From the NCBI RefSeq assembly GCF_006345805.1, contig NW_021831844.1, positions 1 through 40,968 on the forward strand: 40,968 nt of DNA, in the 5' to 3' direction. This document shows positions 36,299-40,968 of this stretch, one piece after another. The first letter of the stretch is position 1; each line of letters opens with the position of its first letter. Origin of the DNA: Octopus sinensis (taxonomy: Eukaryota). Below the pieces are notes generated by a model, which saw only the letters and a list, made by a program, of their open reading frames with translations, did no database searches and was not told the DNA's origin. Position numbers and translations under genes: made by a program.

Positions 36299-37585
36299 TC
36301 TGTGTGTATATGTACGAGGGGCGTTTAATAAGTAATGCCCCTGACCCACTTCCCATAACAGTAGAGCAAAGAAACTTGGCACAGTTATTAGTCTTTTTCT
36401 ATATAGGAACTATCCAGAGTTACACATTTCTCCAATTGTTTGATGCAGCTCTGGAGACTGTTTTTTTAGAAGACCCCAGCTTGGTGCTCCAACCACGACG
36501 TGACTTCAGAAATCAAGGCTGCATCATCTGGGAAACACTTTCCTTTCAAAAACAACTTCATGGCTGGGAAGAGGCGAAAATCAGAGGGTGGAAGGAGTTC
36601 ATAGCCGCACGCCTGTGCTTCTGATCTGGCGACACGTGAGTTGTGGACCGGAGCGTTGTCCTGCAGGAGGAGGATGCCTTTGCTGATCTCGCCCCGCCTC
36701 TTGATTTTGAGAGCTTCTCTTAATTTCCTCAAAAGTGAAGCATAATAGGCTCCTGTAATTGTGGTACCCTTTGCCAGGAAATCTGTCATCACTACTCCGT
36801 CGTGGTCGCAGAAGACTGTGAGCATGAACTTGCCAGCGGAGGACTGTACCCTTGCCTTCTTTGAAGGAGGTGAGTCACGGTGCTTCCACTGCATTGACTG
36901 GGCTTTGGTCTCTGGATCATAGTGATAGACCCAGGTTTCATCCTGTGTAATCAGTCTTTTGAAAAATTTTGACTCATCTACTTGGCACATCTTCAAATTC
37001 ATCATCGAGCACTCGACGCGTTTTTGCTTCTGGAAGACACCTTTTGCATATGCAAATGGTCATGAATGATAGTTTTCACAGACCCGGTACTAATCGTGAC
37101 CTGATGGACTATTTGGCGAATTGTTATGTGTCGATCTTCCAAAATGGCAGCCTCAAATTGACGGACAGATGCCTCATCAATGGAAGAAGTGTGGCGACCA
37201 AATCTGGGAGCTGTTTCCACGGAGTTCCGACCATATTTGAATTCACGATGCCAGCGTTTTACAAGGCCATATGATGGGGCATCATCACCATAAGTTACTT
37301 TCATTTCATCAAAAGTCTCCCATGGTGTGCGTCCTTTCAAATACAAAAACCGGATCACTGCTCGAAACTCAACAGGCTCCATTTCACACTTGACTCATTT
37401 CAAACACCTGTAAATTAGAAACCACAATTAGTTCAGAGCTGTAATTTGTCGCTTAATCTATAGAGATATAAATAATTGCACATGCAAAATTTCAGCTAGA
37501 TCAAACAACTGCAAGTGGTTCAGAGGCATTACTTATTGAACGTGCCTCGTATGTATGTATGTATGTATGTATGTATGTATGTATG

Positions 37586-37651
<66 letters not shown>

Positions 37652-37786
37652 ATATATATATATGTGCGTGCGTGTGTATACACGTACATCATACACACAC
37701 ACACACACATACATACATACATACATACATACATACATACATACATACATACATACATACATAGAGAAAACATTACGTTCACTTTT
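36083..37786. repeat. Inverted duplication (~215-240-bp arms, 36083-36296 and 37550-37786) flanking the mariner
   Basis: The right flank is the reverse complement of the left, including the unique anchors aaaagtgaacgtaatgttttct and tatgatgtacgtgtatacacacgcacgcac. Confidence 0.88.
36315..37549 (-). mobile_element. Full-length mariner (DD34D family) element, 1235 bp, non-functional transposase
   Basis: TA TSDs flank TIRs CGAGG(GG/CA)CGTT(T/C)AATAAGTAATGCC. ORFs 37382-37002 (HTH) and 37005-36466 (ITQDETW, QDNAPVH) are out of frame, and the WVPR and YSPDL motifs are missing. Confidence 0.95.
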
Positions 37787-38497
37787 CCATGCTCGCATGG
37801 ATCAGACAGAGTCTGTTTTACAGATTCTCTCTGGCAGGGTGCCCTCTCTGTCACCAACCGTCACCTATTTCCAAGCAAGGTAATCTTTTCCGACAGCTTA
37901 ACATGTTTTTCGCTGAAGACAGGAAATGAACAACTTCTCATGTGTTACGGTGATGTTCGTTTACAACTCGCATGTTGTGTTTAGGCAAGGTTGAGTACAA
38001 ACACACACATGTATGTACATACAACCACATATATAAATAAACATAAAATAATGTGATGTCTATGGGTTAATTTAATTAAGCCGTTGTATATATGTTGTAT
38101 CATGTGACCAATGGAGTTGCTTTTGTTAGTGGTGGTTGTCAGCTGGAGTGTCATCACTACGAATACCATCCTAAGATACCATGTTCCTCCACAAATCCAA
38201 GACCTGCAACTTAAAGGTGAAGGTACAATTGATTAAATCTACCCCCAGTATAAATATTGAACAGATCAATAAATACTAGAGAGTGTATATAGTATGTATG
38301 TGTTAACTAACCTGGGAAAGAAGGAAGGCCACGACATCGTAACGTTGACTGAAAGTTATAAAAAGAGGCAAGAAAAATATAAGAAATACCACCAATTATA
38401 GAGATTAATAATTAATAATTATTAGGATATAATTTAATGGAAACAAAAGTAATTAGGTCATTATAGCCTAATTACACCAATGGTTATTTAGACATAA

Positions 38498-39880
38498 ATG
38501 CATACATGCATGCATGCATACATACATACACACATACATACATACATAGACGCACACACGTACACACATACATACATACACGCACACACATACATACATA
38601 CATACACACATACATACATACACACACATACCTACATACATACATACATACCTACATACATACATTCATACATACATACCTACATACATACATACATACA
38701 TACATACATACATACATTCATACATACATACATACATTCATATACATACAACACATACCTACATACATCATACATACATACCTACATACATACATACATA
38801 CATACATACATACCTACATACATACATACATCATACATACATACATACATCACATACATACATCATACCTACATACATACATTCATACATACATACACAC
38901 ATACCTACAACCCATACATACCTACATACATACCTACATACATACATACATACATACCAACATACATTCATACATACATACATACACACATACCTACATA
39001 CATACATACATTCTTACATACATACATACATACCTACATACATACATTCATACCTACATACATACACACACGTACATACCTACATACATACCTACATACA
39101 TACATTCATACATACATACATACACACATACCTACATACATACATACATACATACATACATACATACATACTTACATACATACACACAGACATACACACA
39201 TACATACATACATACATACATACATTCATACATACATACACACATACCTACATACACACATACATACCTACATACATACCTACATACCTACATACCTACA
39301 TACATACATACATACATACATACTTACATACATACAAACACACATACAAACATACATACATACATACATACAAACATACATACATACATACATACATACA
39401 TACATACATACATTCATACATACATTACATACATACACATACATACATACATACAAACATACATACACACACATACATACATACCTATATACATACATTC
39501 ATACATACCTACATATATACATACATACTTTCATACATACCTACATACATACATACCTACATACACACACACATACATAGACACACACATAAACCCATAC
39601 ATACATACCTACATACATACACACACATACATACATACAAACATACATACCTACATACATACATTCATACATACATACAATACATACATACATACATTCA
39701 TACATACATTCATACATACATACACACATACATACATACATACATACATACGTACATACATACCTACATCATACATACATACACACATACAACATACATA
39801 CATACAAACATACATACACACACATACATACATACCTACATACATACATACTACACAACATACATACATACATACATACA
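38498..39880. repeat. 1.4-kb compound (CATA)n microsatellite with CCTA/CATT/CACA variants
   Basis: Directly visible. Confidence 0.98.
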
Positions 39881-40619
39881 ATGAATATACATTCTACACA
39901 GTAGAAGAAATATATATTTTTTCATGACCACGATTCAACTGTAATACCAGCAGATGGGATTCTAAGACCAGAATCCATTTCGATTTAAAAAGCAAACCTT
40001 TGACCTTCAACTGAATATTAACGCAGGAAGTTTGCATACAGAGCAATGAGTAGTTGGTGCAGTAGAACCAATTGTTGGTCAGTCTTAGGTATTCTGTAGA
40101 AAACTTTTTGATAAAAAGGCTTTGGATGTGAATTAATCTCCACTCTTCTTTTGGCTTATGTATGTATATATCCTTTTTCCTTGTAAACCGTTTTTCACAT
40201 TTTCTTGTTATTATCAAAGAATGTATATATGTATCGTAATAACTGGGACAACCAGAACCTAACACAACAACGCTTTTACATTTTACTTTTGACAATTTCA
40301 TTCTAAAAAAGTGAAACCGGTCAAGTAATAAACATCTTTTAAAATTGCATTTTCAAACCTTTCATATATTATATTATATATATATATATATATATATATT
40401 ATTATATATATATATATTAGTACAAATAAGAAAATGGAGGAACAGATTCCTTTCAATCATCGACTTACAGATAATACCAATTCATATTATTCATTACTGG
40501 CATATATTTATTTTTCATGTAGGTTTTTGTATGAATCCACATGGTGGCCTCCAATATTAAGTTGTTTTTATGTATGTTTGTACTTATTTGTACTTTTTTA
40601 TTTACTGGTACTTGATAAT

Positions 40620-40968
40620 TCATTATAACATATATATATATATATATATATATATGTGCATTTGTGTATGTATATGCACGAGAGTATGTGTACGTGCATG
40701 TGTAGGCGTGCATGTATATCCGTATATATGTGTGTGCATGTATGTATGTATGCGTATGTCTGTATGCGTGTATGAATATGTCCATATGTATGTGTGCATT
40801 CCTGTGTATATGTGCTTGCATGTATTTGTATGCATGCGTAAATGTATGAGTGTGCAGGATGTGTGAGCGCATATATGCGTGCATATATGCGTATGCACAT
40901 ATATGTGTGCGCATGTGTAAGTGTGTGTGACATGTGTGTATGTATGGGCGGTTGTATGTGCGCGCATA
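40620..40968. repeat. (TA)n/(TG)n/(TATG)n low-complexity tract
   Basis: Directly visible. Confidence 0.95.

Noticed and set aside
1-40968. CRISPR arrays, tRNA, rRNA or snRNA genes, prokaryotic operons
   Set aside because: None were seen. The sequence is intron-containing eukaryotic DNA, and the direct repeats occur only as pairs without spacer arrays.

Overview
AT-rich, microsatellite-dense eukaryotic DNA. The (TATG/CATA)n arrays, the TE families and the ankyrin-RING gene type suggest an octopus or other cephalopod; this is inferred, not proven. One host gene is visible on the minus strand as three in-frame spliced exons (28871-28662, 12238-12066, 8313-8171). They encode the C-terminal ankyrin repeats and a RING finger of a Mind bomb (MIB2)-like E3 ligase, and the RING has Asp in place of the canonical His ligand. 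Most of the rest is transposon debris: a HERO-like RLE retroelement, two CR1/Jockey-type LINEs, three RTE-type LINEs, a Gypsy pol fragment, a near full-length Tx1/L1 element, Tc1 and mariner elements, a Helitron Pif1 helicase fragment, Penelope-like (PLE) remnants and a decayed DDE/CxxH transposase I cannot place in a superfamily. The most unusual zone is 16.7-25.2 kb. There the Tx1 element is bracketed by a 67-bp direct repeat and followed by a degenerate hammerhead ribozyme. A second, core-intact PLE-type hammerhead lies on the host gene's sense strand inside the intron, and a 252-bp internal piece of the Tx1 element is copied 3.3 kb downstream. All family assignments rest on motifs read by eye; no database search was run.
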